64,000 nucleotides of DNA from positions 60,135,149 through 60,199,148 of the forward strand of contig NC_068981.1 of NCBI RefSeq assembly GCF_001194135.2, written 5' to 3'. The notes under the pieces are model-generated. The model was not told the DNA's origin and searched no databases. It saw only the letters and a list, made by a program, of their open reading frames with translations. This DNA comes from Octopus bimaculoides (lineage: Eukaryota). Position numbers and translations under genes: made by a program. How positions within the stretch are numbered: the first letter of the stretch is position 1; each line of letters opens with the position of its first letter. Shown piece after piece: positions 38,292 to 52,741 of this stretch.

Positions 38292-39168
38292 AGTTCTGTA
38301 TCTGGACAGCCAACAACTGATGAATATTTTTCTTTTATTGTAATTTGATTTCCGTTCGTTTCTCTCGTTTTTTGCATACCCAACGTTGTTTTCGTATTTC
38401 ATATTTGTTTGCGTTTTTGTGAAGTCCCGCACCGATATATGCATAACTATATACATATATACGTATATACTAATATATACTTTTGTTATTTACACCACCT
38501 GTCCTCGTCTGTTGTTATTATTTGTATATTCTCCCATATATACGTATGTATGTACATATGTGTGTCTATATATGCATATAGATATATGTATATATATATA
38601 TATATATATATANNNNNNNNNNNNNNNNNNNNNNNNNNNNNNNNNNNNNNNNNNNNNNNNNNNNNNNNNNNNNNNNNNNNNNNNNNNNNNNNNNNNNNNN
38701 NNNNNNNNNNNNNNNNNNNNNNNNNNNNNNNNNNNNNNNNNNNNNNNNNNNNNNNNNNNNNNNNNNNNNNNNNNNNNNNNNNNNNNNNNNNNNNNNNNNN
38801 NNNNNNNNNNNNNNNNNNNNNNNNNNNNNNNNNNNNNNNNNNNNNNNNNNNNNNNNNNNNNNNNNNNNNNNNNNNNNNNNNNNNNNNNNNNNNNNNNNNN
38901 NNNNNNNNNNNNNNNNNNNNNNNNNNNNNNNNNNNNNNNNNNNNNNNNNNNNNNNNNNNNNNNNNNNNNNNNNNNNNNNNNNNNNNNNNNNNNNNNNNNN
39001 NNNNNNNNNNNNNNNNNNNNNNNNNNNNNNNNNNNNNNNNNNNNNNNCACTACAATGGTTTCGGCGTGTCGGTATCAGCGGGTCGGTGAATGTTTTGCAC
39101 ACGTGACTTTCTGTATAATGCACAAATGCTTCTGTGGTGTACGTACATATACATATATTTATACAAAC

Positions 39169-39209
<41 letters not shown>

Positions 39210-42200
39210 TATATATATATAATATATATACACACATGCACACATACATACATATACATGTGTGCACGCGCGCTTGTGTGTAAGTAAAAAAGAAAAATAG
39301 TGTATTGCAACCTACATCTCTTCATGCTAATGTCATTAACAATGCCGTAAATATATCATGTATAATATATTCATCGTATATTTTTTCTGTCTATTGAACT
39401 TAGGACCATAATTATGAGTACTCTCTCAAAGACAATAATCAGCATCCTTCAGCAATTTTTATTGTCAAAAATACCATCTTTCTTACAACTTTAGACAAGT
39501 TTGGAAATAGTCATAAAATTATGTCCGCGTGTGGCATCATACACAAGAACTGTAAACTTGATAATAAACTTCTGGTAAACCTATGATTTCATACGGTTTA
39601 TGTTCAAACACTGTAAATATTAAGCTACTTATATCTCTTCAGAGAAGCTTAGACATTGGCAGATGCATATTTGACGTCACTAATTGAGAAGTAGGTGATC
39701 ACAAAACCCATATATTTAGCTCAGTTTATAGCAATAGCTTCCTGGGTCCGTTAAATATTTTCCTTTCATGTACTTTATAATGTGTTATACGTTCTCTATT
39801 CCATTTTATATCTTTTCATTTTTGTCATGCACACTATTATCGTGTCTATTTTGTTACCGTTTCATCGAGTTTATGGTATCTTTTTACATATATATGTACG
39901 TGTGTGTATAAACGGAAGCTTTTATATTTTTCCTCCTCCATAGATTAATACAAATGAGTTAAAATATTTTGCTTAATTTTGATAAAATATTTCTACAAAA
40001 TATTATTGTAAAACTACTTTATTTCTTTTTGTGTAAGTATATTTCGCTAACATTTTTTTCGTTCTTTTACTTCTGACTTTCTTCCTACAAAATTGTTTTG
40101 GTACTTTTAACGATTGGAAAGGTTTAAAAAAAAAATGAATGAAGTACAGAATGATATATCAATACAATTATATCATTGAATACGATTGCAACTACGAATT
40201 GTACCCTTCAACTGTATAATATGACTGGAAAAAATTCTGATTATTGCTGTTATTATCTTTTTCCATCTTCGTTCATAATTTCTCTTTCTTTGATCTATTT
40301 ATTATTGTCCATGAGAATCTTAACGAGGATTTCCTTCGTCGATAAATGTTGGATAGTATAAGCCTAGGTTATTGTGTCTGAGAAAGTAAAAAGAAGTGCG
40401 AGATTTTCGCGAACGGAATGACTTTGACCGTAAGTCTGTTCAGCTTGGGTTGATCTGGAATTAAACAACATCGAAAACATAAGAATAATTAAGACCAAAA
40501 TATCACAAGCAAGCAAATCAATCACAGGAGATTACTATAAAACAAAGAGAATTGTGCAAATATATAATAAATACAGAGGTGAAAAACTCGTTTAAACACT
40601 GCATAAATACGTATTAACGATAATGAGTTATGATTTTAAAACAATATTAATAATGTTTAGAAACTGGAACAATCATTTTCACTAACTTGGCAAACACATG
40701 CTTTACAAGCATATGTATGTGGATGTACGTGCATGTGCTTATGCGCGTGTTAGTTTAAAAGTTAGGAATATGGAAGGTCAGCATGTATGACATTGGCAGG
40801 TAACTCAAACTTGCAAGTGTGATGAAGTTTGTTATTGCGTTTGAATATCTGTACATAAAGGACCAAGTGGGAAAAAAAAGAACAGGCGTGGAGTAATTGC
40901 CTGACTATGTATCACTTAGTGGATCAATGTACAAGTATTTAATACTAGGAATAAGGTGGGTGAGACGTACATCTTACTCACCTTATACCTTGTACGTCAA
41001 CATATATAACCATAAATATTCTTCCCTTTTATCACATAGAACACTGCAAATGGTAAAATTTATTTTGCTTGTGATATTTATAAAGTAGTTTTGTAAAAAT
41101 ATTTCCTTTAATTTTGTTGTAGCTTCTTTCTTTCTATAAAGTTTTAAATCCATGACGATAAAAACTGGATATATCAAGCAGACCTGTATGAAAGAGGAAT
41201 GCATTTAGTCGTTTCAAAGGAAAAGATGCAATTGTTGTAGCATTATAGTATGCTACAGGATGCATCTATCAGCTTGTAGTTAAAGTGTGCTTGGGAAAGA
41301 GATTTCTCGTTATGTCAAATGGCCTTGGTTTGGACACAAGATTAGAGTCTGTAATCTAGCAGCACACTTCTTTATTTATGTATCTTACTGTAAAAAATTA
41401 GAAAAAGACCCCAAAAAACAAATACAAATTAAAGTAACTCCTACTGGAACTTTGAGAGGCTCACAAACTAATTAGAGCTAAAATACTTTGTAGTTCTAAA
41501 GCGGAAACCTTTTATTAATCATGCAGTTGGATAATCTATGTATAAGCAATTAAGATGAGAGTATATGTGTGATAACTTTGAGGTTTTTGATTGAGCTGTT
41601 CTTATATAAGCTGTAGGCATTTTATACTTGTGTTATGTAAAGAAATTGTAATATCCATATTAATCAATGGTGAAGACTTATTAAAGCATTTTTTGTTTGC
41701 TGTTAAGTGTTCTGGATGTGTATTAATGGAATTCTGAGAATAAGTGATGCAACAGCATTGTTTCCAACAATGTTCTCAAATGTTTCCATGTCTGCTTATG
41801 CAAGCGTTTGTATATTTGTGTACGTATCTGATGGTATTTATGTTCTTGAAATGTCGATGAGTCACATAATAAAATGCTATGAAAATAAAAAGAAATAATG
41901 AATTGCAATTTACCTTGAAGAGCATGTGGTCGTGCTTCCTATTACCCTCAACCATAATGTGTATAAAGCTTTAAGTATATTAAAGTTATGGATTTGCAAA
42001 GATTAGTAGTTCTTGGATCTCTTCTTTCTTTCTCTGGTATGTATTGTTCAATAATGGTATCAAAAGGGCGGTAGATTTCAAAGAAAAGTGAACGGTTTCA
42101 TTTTGTGTTTCTAGATAACAACGTAAATATGGCTGTAATTACAGTTGCTATTTTATGTCATTGCATTTGCTATTTTATGTTCCATTAATATTCTTGCAAT

Positions 42201-42417
42201 CCATTGGTCTCAATATCTTTATTTTTATTCCTGTCTTTTTATTTCATATTCTATTCCAAACTTCTCTGGCAACCATTTCATTGCCCATGGGAGAATAGAC
42301 GCTTGTGTGTGTGCGTGTGTGTGTGTGTGCTATCTTTGTTTTTCAATTGAATTGCAAGTCAATAAAATTCCATTACTGGAGATTTTATATATATATGTGT
42401 CTGTGTATGTGTGTGTT

Positions 42418-42476
<59 letters not shown>

Positions 42477-44699
42477 GTATGTGTGTGTGTATATACATGT
42501 ATGTGCATATATATATACACACATATATATTTACATATACACATATACGTATCTATACATATATGCATTTATGTATGTATATGTTATGTATGTAGCAATA
42601 CATTTATATATTAGGATGTAGGCATAGGGGCTACAACTGTTCTTTTTAATTACGACTTCGGTAAAGATGGCAACTTATCTTTGCAACTATCTCAATAAAC
42701 TAAACAATTTAGACATCTCAGTCAACTATATTTTGTACAAAAATTATTGCTCAATGTTTATAGTTTCAATCTTGAGCAGTCATGTTTATTTGAGGAGTGG
42801 GGTAATGGAGAGGAATTTTAAGCTCACGGTACTTAAGCATGCCAGAAATCAATTCAACTTTATCGGTTGCCAGCATAAAGAACTTAATTAATTGTGAAAA
42901 AAAAAAATGGAAAACCAACCTTTAAGAAGAGGGGGAAAAACTGTTTCTCTCAGCAACATTGATTATCTGCTTTAAATTATGATCCATTGTCTTCTAACTA
43001 TTATTTTATTTTTACGATTAATTTCATTTCAATTTTGCTGTTACCTCTCATGATATTCTTGTTTAGTTTCCATTCTGCCTTGATTCAGCAAAATTATGAT
43101 CACAGATATTACTGTCAAGACTACCCTCTCCTTTGTTTTATGCAGAGTTTGTCTTTGTGTCTTTCTTTAAAAGACAGTAGTGTTTTGATTGAGAATGATT
43201 TCACTGCTGTTTTTAGAAGGTGGAGCGAATTCGTAGTGGACCCAACTTGGGTTCTATGCTACAGCATGGAATTAGCTGCTGAAGCATGAATCCTAAACGC
43301 TTATAGAAGGATAAAACTAAAAAGAAAATATATCAGCTTGAGTTCAGATAATAGAATGCGCCGACTTTCAAGCTATTTTACCAATGTGGACAGTTAACCA
43401 GAAAAAGTTTTCAATGTGTGACATATTTGTTTTCTTTTATATATATATATATATATNNNNNNNNNNNNNNNNNNNNNNNNNNNNNNNNNNNNNNNNNNNN
43501 NNNNNNNNNNNNNNNNNNNNNNNNNNNNNNNNNNNNNNNNNNNNNNNNNNNNNNNNNNNNNNNNNNNNNNNNNNNNNNNNNNNNNNNNNNNNNNNNNNNN
43601 NNNNNNNNNNNNNNNNNNNNNNNNNNNNNNNNNNNNNNNNNNNNNNNNNNNNNNNNNNNNNNNNNNNNNNNNNNNNNNNNNNNNNNNNNNNNNNNNNNNN
43701 NNNNNNNNNNNNNNNNNNNNNNNNNNNNNNNNNNNNNNNNNNNNNNNNNNNNNNNNNNNNNNNNNNNNNNNNNNNNNNNNNNNNNNNNNNNNNNNNNNNN
43801 NNNNNNNNNNNNNNNNNNNNNNNNNNNNNNNNNNNNNNNNNNNNNNNNNNNNNNNNNNNNNNNNNNNNNNNNNNNNNNNNNNNNNNNNNNNNNNNNNNNN
43901 NNNNNNNNNNNNNNNNNNNNNNNNNNNNNNNNNNNNNNNNNNNNNNNNNNNNNNNNNNNNNNNNNNNNNNNNNNNNNNNNNNNNNNNNNNNNNNNNNNNN
44001 NNNNNNNNNNNNNNNNNNNNNNNNNNNNNNNNNNNNNNNNNNNNNNNNNNNNNNNNNNNNNNNNNNNNNNNNNNNNNNNNNNNNNNNNNNNNNNNNNNNN
44101 NNNNNNNNNNNNNNNNNNNNNNNNNNNNNNNNNNNNNNNNNNNNNNNNNNNNNNNNNNNNNNNNNNNNNNNNNNNNNNNNNNNNNNNNNNNNNNNNNNNN
44201 NNNNNNNNNNNNNNNNNNNNNNNNNNNNNNNNNNNNNNNNNNNNNNNNNNNNNNNNNNNNNNNNNNNNNNNNNNNNNNNNNNNNNNNNNNNNNNNNNNNN
44301 NNNNNNNNNNNNNNNNNNNNNNNNNNNNNNNNNNNNNNNNNNNNNNNNNNNNNNNNNNNNNNNNNNNNNNNNNNNNNNNNNNNNNNNNNNNNNNNNNNNN
44401 NNNNNNNNNNNNNNNNTATATATATATATATATATATATATATTTCGAGCTCTGAAATATTTCCTAACTTGGAAGAACAATGTTTTTGTGTGTATCTATA
44501 TGTTTGTCGGTCTGTCTGACTGTTCGGCTATCTCTTTCTCTGATGAAGCCGTTGGTAAACTAATAATGTGCACTCACCAGAAAATATTTTCAATGATGAT
44601 GAGATGAAGTATTTCAAGCAATCGTAAGGGTTCTGCTTATATTCAATTGAGGATTATAGTGTGATGTTGCACTAATAGGTTTGTGACATGGGCAGTAAT

Positions 44700-44810
44700 T
44701 ACAACTTCAAATTTTAACTCAAAGCCAGCAATTTGGAGAGTTGATTACATCGACTCCAGTACATGACTGATACTTTATTTTATCGGCTCCAAAAGATGAA
44801 AAGCAAATTT
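44700..44810 (-). mobile_element. SINE family A, 3' fragment
   Basis: aaagccagcaattt…gattacatcgactccagtac…tactttattttatcg. Confidence 0.7.
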
Positions 44811-45249
44811 GAAATCGGAAATGTTTCGATGTCTTTCTTCATGTAGTCAATGTAATTTCGGCGAGAGGTATTTAGATTGTATGTGTATTAGGTTTTGGTG
44901 CAGAAAAGTAGGGAGGACTGAAAAGTGAGGGTATCATCAGTATGGGAGTGTAATGAAGCAGCCAGGAGAAAATATCTCACCTGATGAGTATGAGTGCATG
45001 GTCATGAACCCTATTGTGCACAAAGGGATAGTTTAAGAGAATAATTATCTTTTTTGCCTAGTGTGGGTTTCGATGAAAAGCAGGAAGGAAATGTGAAGGC
45101 ATTTCTGCAGGAGTACTGCACAAAAAAACCATAATAGCTGAAATTTTGAGGAAAGGAGAATTTAACAAATTTGATAGAGATCCTTTTCGCTAGTCAAAAA
45201 TATCGACTGCATTTTGAATAAAAAGTAGCTTGAACAACAGAGATAGACA

Positions 45250-45435
45250 GATCAGAGAAATAGGATGTGTTAGTAACATCTGATGAGCGGAATCCCCTTC
45301 GTCTTCTGCACCACCGCTGTAGAAGAGAAGGGGGAATTTCTTTGGCAAATTTTGATTTAATTTCTGGTATATAGAGAGATGTAGACGAAGACAGCGCATT
45401 TCGAAATCATGGTCACCAACTGCTGAAAGCATCAT
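45250..45435 (-). mobile_element. RTE-like LINE remnant
   Basis: DFEMRCLRLHLSIY resembles the RTE motif AFEMRCLRRxLxI. Confidence 0.45.
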
Positions 45436-46842
45436 CCGAAAACTTTTTAGAAAGTGACCTCAGCTAAAGGAATCTATGGGCCAGCAAGCCGTGTTAAAAA
45501 TATAGGAGAAATTTGAAAAAAGAAAAAAATAAGCATTGTTTTATTTAATTNNNNNNNNNNNNNNNNNNNNNNNNNNNNNNNNNNNNNNNNNNNNNNNNNN
45601 NNNNNNNNNNNNNNNNNNNNNNNNNNNNNNNNNNNNNNNNNNNNNNNNNNNNNNNNNNNNNNNNNNNNNNNNNNNNNNNNNNNNNNNNNNNNNNNNNNNN
45701 NNNNNNNNNNNNNNNNNNNNNNNNNNNNNNNNNNNNNNNNNNNNNNNNNNNNNNNNNNNNNNNNNNNNNNNNNNNNNNNNNNNNNNNNNNNNNNNNNNNN
45801 NNNNNNNNNNNNNNNNNNNNNNNNNNNNNNNNNNNNNNNNNNNNNNNNNNNNNNNNNNNNNNNNNNNNNNNNNNNNATATATATATATATACACAAAGAG
45901 ACACACAAGCATACGTACATACATACATATACACACAAACACGTACGCACACGTTCTTACGTATATGCATGTATGTATATCGTAAAAAGAAACGCAGAAA
46001 TAATAATTGATATTTTAATGTTTTATACATACGTGCGTTTCCATAAATCAGCTGGCTCATAAGCATTCGCCATACATTTACCGCCTGTTACTGACTATCG
46101 ACGTTCTTGCATTTGTGATGCGGTGAAATCCACTGTGTTTGTGTATGTATTTTTGATATTCTTATTGACTCTAACATGATGTATTTATTTCAGTCTCAAT
46201 TCAAGGTACATAATCTTTAAACAAAGGCAACTGAAGAATAATATATTTGACTTATAATTTCTTTGATTTAATTATTCAAATGTGAAGTATTATAATATGT
46301 ATTCAGTTAATTAACTACGCACAATTCTCTATATGAATAAATCGATTACCTTATCAATTTGACGAATAATTTTCAACTAAAACAATCATAGACCTATTGT
46401 TAATTGTAACGTTCCATTGCGCTTTTGCATTTCACAACGAATATATTGAAGGTCCTTTATTCAAAATCATTTAATAGTTACAGAAATTTTATATACGCAA
46501 TCAATCATATAAACATACAATACATACATGCAAACTCTTACACCTGCCACACATATATACGTACACCTACATTCGTGCGTACACACGTACATGCATACGA
46601 AGCGGACATATATACAAGTGAATGCATATACAATTATTCAAACTTTAGCACACACAAATACAACGAATGAAGAACAAAAATGTAAGAAATAGAATAGGGA
46701 TTGAATATCTGAGTACATGCTTGTGAGTATGGGTGTATGCATGTGTGACACTCAAAAATTTCCATCCATTGAGAAATATACATAAGCATATAGAGACATA
46801 TACGGGTAAGTGTTTGTGAGTACATATGCAAAATGCAAATGG

Positions 46843-46844
<2 letters not shown>

Positions 46845-46909
<65 letters not shown>

Positions 46910-47081
46910 CATACACACACACACGCACACACGCACACACACACACACACACACATATGTTATGTATGCATATATATGCAAGTTAGCTTACATGCACACG
47001 TTCCGCGCGAACACACATCCACTCACACTCATAAAAAATTATATTTCTATACAACAACAACAACAACAACAACAACAACTG

Positions 47082-47127
<46 letters not shown>

Positions 47128-47148
47128 GACGACGACGACGACGACGGC
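46845..47148. repeat. Compound (CA)n, (AAC)n, (CTA)n, (ACG)n microsatellites
   Basis: Direct reading. Confidence 0.92.
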
Positions 47149-49323
47149 GTTGTTTACTTCTATTTCTAAGTCATATACATATATATTAACTATGACTCCA
47201 TTTCGTACCTGTTGTTATGGTTACTGCTACTGTCTTTGTTGCTGATGCCGCTCAGAGTGTGACTGCTACTGCTACTGAAAATTTCCATCATTACTTAGCA
47301 TTTTAACTACCTGTTTTGCGTCAGTATTTTATTACAGCAAATCAGTCACTGCTACTGTTTCTACTAGCGTGTTACAATCATAAACGTCATTTCCGAAGAC
47401 CCTACTTACATCGCAGTTACGATATTTTGATACTACTGCCATAGTTATAACCTCATACCCTGTCATCAGTTGTCTTGTGACAGTTACCTCTCCCTTCACT
47501 ACTTCTGTATTACTGATGCTTGTACTACTGTCGAAAGCACACCTACTAGAACAGCTGCAGTCACCAATACACTGCTAAAATCATTGATAAATATTTAGCA
47601 TGCAATCTCTGTAGCACCTGTCATCGTTGTAGTAATTCAATCCTAACCATCACTTAAATTAGAAGGATTCAAACATAGGGCAGACTATTCAACTTTTATG
47701 TAAAGCGTAGCCTATTGTATTGACCTAACTACATGACAGGTGTTTTTTAATATAATCCTCCAAAAATTAAAGTCAAAATTGGTCCCCATATTTAAGATTA
47801 TCATTATTAATATTTTTGCAGGAGTATTATTTTATCTATATACATTCACTGCTCAACTAAGCGCAATTCAGTGCACATTAGATATGTACAGATCTTTGTT
47901 AAGGTTTTTGTATTATGCGTTAGTTTGAAAGTAATCTACACAATAAGTGAGCTATCATCAATATATTGTCCTTATTTCAAAATCTCCTTAGTCCTTTGGA
48001 TGTGAATTTTTCTCTATGTTCATGTACCAATGTACTTATTATTACAGGCATTATTACTGCTTTTAGAACGCATTCTCGTTACCACTTTTCGCAGTTCTTT
48101 ATACTGGAATTAATTCATTTCTTTTATAGGTGTATTGTATCATCTGTTGGGATTTATATCCTAAATAGATGATTTCCGGATTTTCTGATTCCTGATTTTC
48201 CGGACAATAATATCTAGAAGATTCTCCTTGACCTTTTTGAATGTGGACTGACATATTGCAAAATATGAAAGCTCTCATACTCGGGAATACGCTAATCCAC
48301 ATTCAAAATACGCAAAGTAATTTTTCATTCTCTGAGAAATTAACCTGCGTACGACTATATCGCCGCTTTCCACTTCGCATTTTATAATACTGGTTTAAGT
48401 TTTCTGTATATTAAAGTCCTTACTCTATCACACCTCTTAATGTATTATTTTCAGCTAAAACTTCACTATGCATCTTATTGTTTCTTTCTTCTCTTTACAA
48501 CTGTATTTCCCATCATGTTACACTTTGCATTTATCGTCTTCTTTGAAGTCAAGAAACAGTTTTCTGGTAGCTAGTTCTGGCAGCTATTTTAATATTTTAT
48601 TTCATTTGTCTGAGTTGGACTCTATTTCATCGTTTCGCAAGTGTATACGTCTTAATTATTTTATGCTCGTTTCAATCTTTATCGTATTAGAGAAAGGGAT
48701 ACATGATTTCCAAGTTTTTCCTGACGCATTTTTCAAATCCGAATCCTATAGTAATTCTCATAGTTAACCTGTGCACAATTTCCAGATATTTATCACTTAT
48801 AAATCGTCTCACTTGTGGTCTTACATACAGGAAATTTAGTTGATTGATCTCCCATAGTATTTTACACTAGTCTAGTTTCATCGAACCTGTGGGCGGAAAG
48901 CATTTGCACAAAACTGAAATGAAGTTAATGTGTCCCACCCCTTGAATATTTTTAAAAAAGAAATAGTGTTAGTTTTTATGATTTTCTCTTTTGTTTTTAT
49001 CTACAGAACTGTTTGTCATTCACTCATGATGTATTTAATGCGTGTTCTTATCATTAGTGCTATCTAACTCATGGTGACGTTTCCACGACCAGACACTTAA
49101 AAACCTTCCCCTAGTCAACCCATGTTATGCCCTCACTCTTATATCCACTTCTACCGTCTTCGGTTGTAACTTTGTTGATTAGTATGGATAACTAAAGCCG
49201 CATAAGTCTTTGAGGCTTCCCTTAATCTTCTCGAAAAATTTTGTTTCTTTGGTTTTCGGATGTACCATTCCATTTATATTGGAGCTTAAGACATTTCCCA
49301 CTAGTTATCATGTCATGTGTTGC

Positions 49324-49466
49324 TCTATATTTAAGAGATGAGGAATTATGTACATTATTTACATTTGACGGATATTTGCCCTCATATTGTTTGTTGTTAA
49401 CACAACGTTTCGGCTGATATACCCTCCAGCCTCCATCGGGTATCTTGGGGAAATTTCGAACCTGGG
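49324..49466 (-). mobile_element. Inverted copy of the SINE-C 3' tail
   Basis: Reverse complement cccaggttcgaaattt…ccgaaacgttgtgttaacaacaaacaa…aaatgtaa aligns with 49658-49774 (about 9 differences counted by eye). Confidence 0.9.
49399..49444 (-). ncRNA. Minimal type-I hammerhead motif (family 2, degenerate)
   Basis: gatac-CCGATGG-a-ggctg[gagggtatat]cagcc-GAAA-cgt-T-gtgtt: perfect stem II, core mutated at two positions. Confidence 0.6.
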
Positions 49467-49534
49467 CATATGGTGTAGTGGTTAAGAGCACGGGCTACTA
49501 ACCCCAAGATCCCGAGTTCTATTCCAGGCAGTGA

Positions 49535-49594
<60 letters not shown>

Positions 49595-49775
49595 GAAAGA
49601 AGAAAAAAAATAACATAATAATAATAATAACATCGAAAAATACCTTAGGAATGAGAACCCAGGTTCGAAATTTCTCCAAGACACCTGCTGAAGGCTGGAG
49701 GGTATATAAGCCGAAACGTTGTGTTAACAACAAACAAGATGAGGACAAATATCCGACAAATGTAAGTAATGTAAA
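49467..49775 (+). mobile_element. tRNA-headed SINE family C with internal (AAT)n and hammerhead-bearing tail
   Basis: A-box tggtgtagtgg, B-box-like gagttctattcc, (AAT)n at 49540-49590, then the tail with the hammerhead motif. Confidence 0.88.
49680..49725 (+). ncRNA. Minimal type-I hammerhead motif (family 2)
   Basis: gacac-CTGCTGA-a-ggct…agcc-GAAA-cgt-T-gtgtt: stem I gacac/gtgtt, palindromic ACGU stem III (dimer type), core A6 changed to C. Confidence 0.65.
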
Positions 49776-50975
49776 TGTCATGTGTTGTCTCTGGTTCCGC
49801 CAGTGCCCAACTAAGAATTTCTGCTGATATCTCGTTCAGAAAGTAGAATCTTATCACACTCTGGTGCATCCGAGCTAATAATTTTTGCAGCGTCTGAGCT
49901 AGTTCCCATGCTGATATGGCATCCCAAGATTGTCCAGTTACTTTTTCATTGTTTTAAACAATTTCGCCTACTGTGATTCGTTCGCTTCACGTCATGTCTC
50001 TCCCGGAATGCATTTTCTCCTTTTTTAAAGTGGGTCCTGCTTTTATTTCTAATTTTCTTTTTCTTTAGATTTTAACTAAAGAATTGGAGACAAGCAGCGT
50101 GTTTTGTTCAACGAATTACTTTCCACATTGTCTGTTTCTTTGCTATTTAGTGCGAATCGTTTGTTTCAATCAATCATTGATTTCAGGTTCTTTTTATATT
50201 AAGACTCTGTAGCATTTCTCTATCCATATTTTGAAGTTGTATTTATAATTACTGATTTCATTATGGACACTTCCTTTCAGAGACATTTTTCTTTTATTTT
50301 CTATATTTGTTGTTTATTTCATTTCATGCTATTTGCTTGAACTTTCATATTAACATATAAGTACCTTTGAGAGAGCATGAACCTTGCTTTGTAACTATGT
50401 GACAGCATCCTATTTATTTTAAGCTAGCTTTATTTCTTTCCAAACTTGATATAGGCTTATGTTCTTAGTTTAATCTTTTTTTGTACGGTGCAGCTGTAAG
50501 ATATGCATGTGAAATATAAACATATTACTCACATGTCCATTTTTATCTTTTCCTTTAATCTTTAATAGACACAAGTAAAGAAGTCAGGCTGATTAATTAC
50601 ATTTCTAATTTCATCGGATTTCGTTCAAAATTTCTCTTCTATGGAACACTTAATTTTTCAAAATTTTCATTCATGAAATTTTAATTGTAACCTCGGGCCG
50701 GTTGTTAGTGGTTTTCGTTTTGTAATGTTTGCCTTTTATTCTGTATTGCTTGTCCTTATTTATATCACTCGAGAGAAGTCTCGTTTGAATAGGAACCATG
50801 CTCTGATAACTTGTATACACGTTATGATAAATCACATACCACAATGTGGACATATGTAATGCATTAATTACGTGAAGTAATTATAATCAAACATTTCTTA
50901 CCAAGTTATCTTTTAAAATTATATCATTATTTTTTTACTGCCCTTGTGCCAAAATTTAAAATCATCATCATCATT

Positions 50976-51016
<41 letters not shown>

Positions 51017-51019
51017 TAT

Positions 51020-51688
51020 TAGCACGCCTGGCAAAATGCTTAGTGGCATTTCGTCCGTCTTTACGTTCTGGGTTCAAATTTTGACGAGGACTTTGTCTTT
51101 TATCCTTTCGGCGTCGATAAATCAAGTACCAGTCAGTATTGAGACCGATGTGATCAACTTAGCCCCTCCCCTCAAATTTCAGGCCTTGTGTCTGTTGTAG
51201 AAAAGATTATTATTATTATTAAGGTGGTGCTGACACGTTAGCACGCCGTTAGCACACCGTTAGCACGCCGGGCAAAATGCTAGGCGACATTTCGTCCGTC
51301 TTTACGATCTGACTTCAAATTACCTCGAGGTCGAATTTTACTTGTATTCTTTCGAGATCGATAAAATAAATATCAGTTGAGCACAAGGGTCAATGTAACT
51401 GACTTACCCACTTCCCACAAAATTCTGGCTTTGTGACAAAATTCGGAAACAATATTTCAGAATTTAAGGCGGCGAACTGACAGAATACTTAGCACGACAC
51501 GCAAAAATGATCAGCGGTATTATGTCCGGTATTATGTTCTGAGTCCAAATGTCCCCGGAGTCGGCTTTGGTTTTCATCCTTTTGGAGTCGATAAAATAAG
51601 TACCAGTTGATAACTGAAGTCGATGTAATCGACTTACCCCCTCTACCGAGATTTCAGGCCTTTTGTCTATACTAGAAAGGATTATTAT
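51020..51688 (+). mobile_element. Head-to-tail array of three SINE family A copies
   Basis: Units at about 51020, 51221 and 51466; two end in …tagaaa(a/g)gattattatta. Confidence 0.9.
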
Positions 51689-51834
51689 TATGACTGCTGC
51701 TGCCCCTCCTTCCTCCTCCTCCTCCTCCTCCTCCTCNNNNNNNNNNNNNNNNNNNNNNNNNNNNNNNNNNNNNNNNNNNNNNNNNNNNNNNNNNNNNNNN
51801 NNNNNNNNNNNNNNNNNNNNNNNNNNNNNNNNNN

Positions 51835-51866
<32 letters not shown>

Positions 51867-52586
51867 GTACAGCTTTCAAGACGGAACGCTTAATGCACTG
51901 TGAGTAGTTTTCTCGATTTTTGGTCTAGCTTCTTTCAGTCTTCTTTCCCTCAGTTGATAATAACTATACCATTCTTACAATAATTCAATTGTTTGTGAAT
52001 TGCTGGTTTGAAACTTGTTTCTTTTACTTTTTACTACATCACCAGTCTAAGACATCGGGAATACTTTGGGGCAATAATATGTTTTTCATTTCTTATTCCA
52101 TCGCTTCCTTCACATCCAATATGTACTAGGTATTTTTATCAGGTATTTTCAATCCTTTTCGTGATTTCTTCTGATAGTAATTCTATGATAGCGTTTACTC
52201 CACTCCATCTTTTTCACAGCTAGCAGTAGCTGGATTACAACACAACCCATTTTACTGAGCAATAGGGTACTTGTCAGGTGAGACACCTCCACCTCAGGAT
52301 CCAGTCCATTGATTGTATACTGTTTTGCATAATTTCATTCAAGTTAGGTTTGGGCGGGGTTTTCCTTCCTACGAGAACTTTTTCGTGAAACCATTAGTAT
52401 GGGAACCAACAACGAAAGATAGAGAACCCCCCTAGAGCATGAGACACAGTTCAATCCAGTCGAACGTCAACCCTGTATTTTCTTGGCCACGAGATGTGTG
52501 ATTTCAAAATAGCAGGTTATTTGAATTTAAACTTGATAATATTGTAAGTTAATTAACTGTCAGAGAATATAAGCACAAACATCATA

Positions 52587-52621
52587 ATTATTATTATTAT
52601 TATCATTATTATTATCATTGT

Positions 52622-52682
<61 letters not shown>

Positions 52683-52687
52683 GCTAC

Positions 52688-52740
<53 letters not shown>
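52587..52740. repeat. (TTA)n/(CTA)n compound microsatellite
   Basis: Direct reading. Confidence 0.95.
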
Positions 52741-52741
52741 G

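Noticed and set aside
44535-44580. ctgatgaagccgttggtaaac as a hammerhead
   Set aside because: The GAAA is incomplete and there is no stem I pairing.
44975-45025. cacctgatgagtatga…tcatgaacc as a hammerhead
   Set aside because: It has CUGAUGA and a possible stem II, but no GAAA or convincing stem III.
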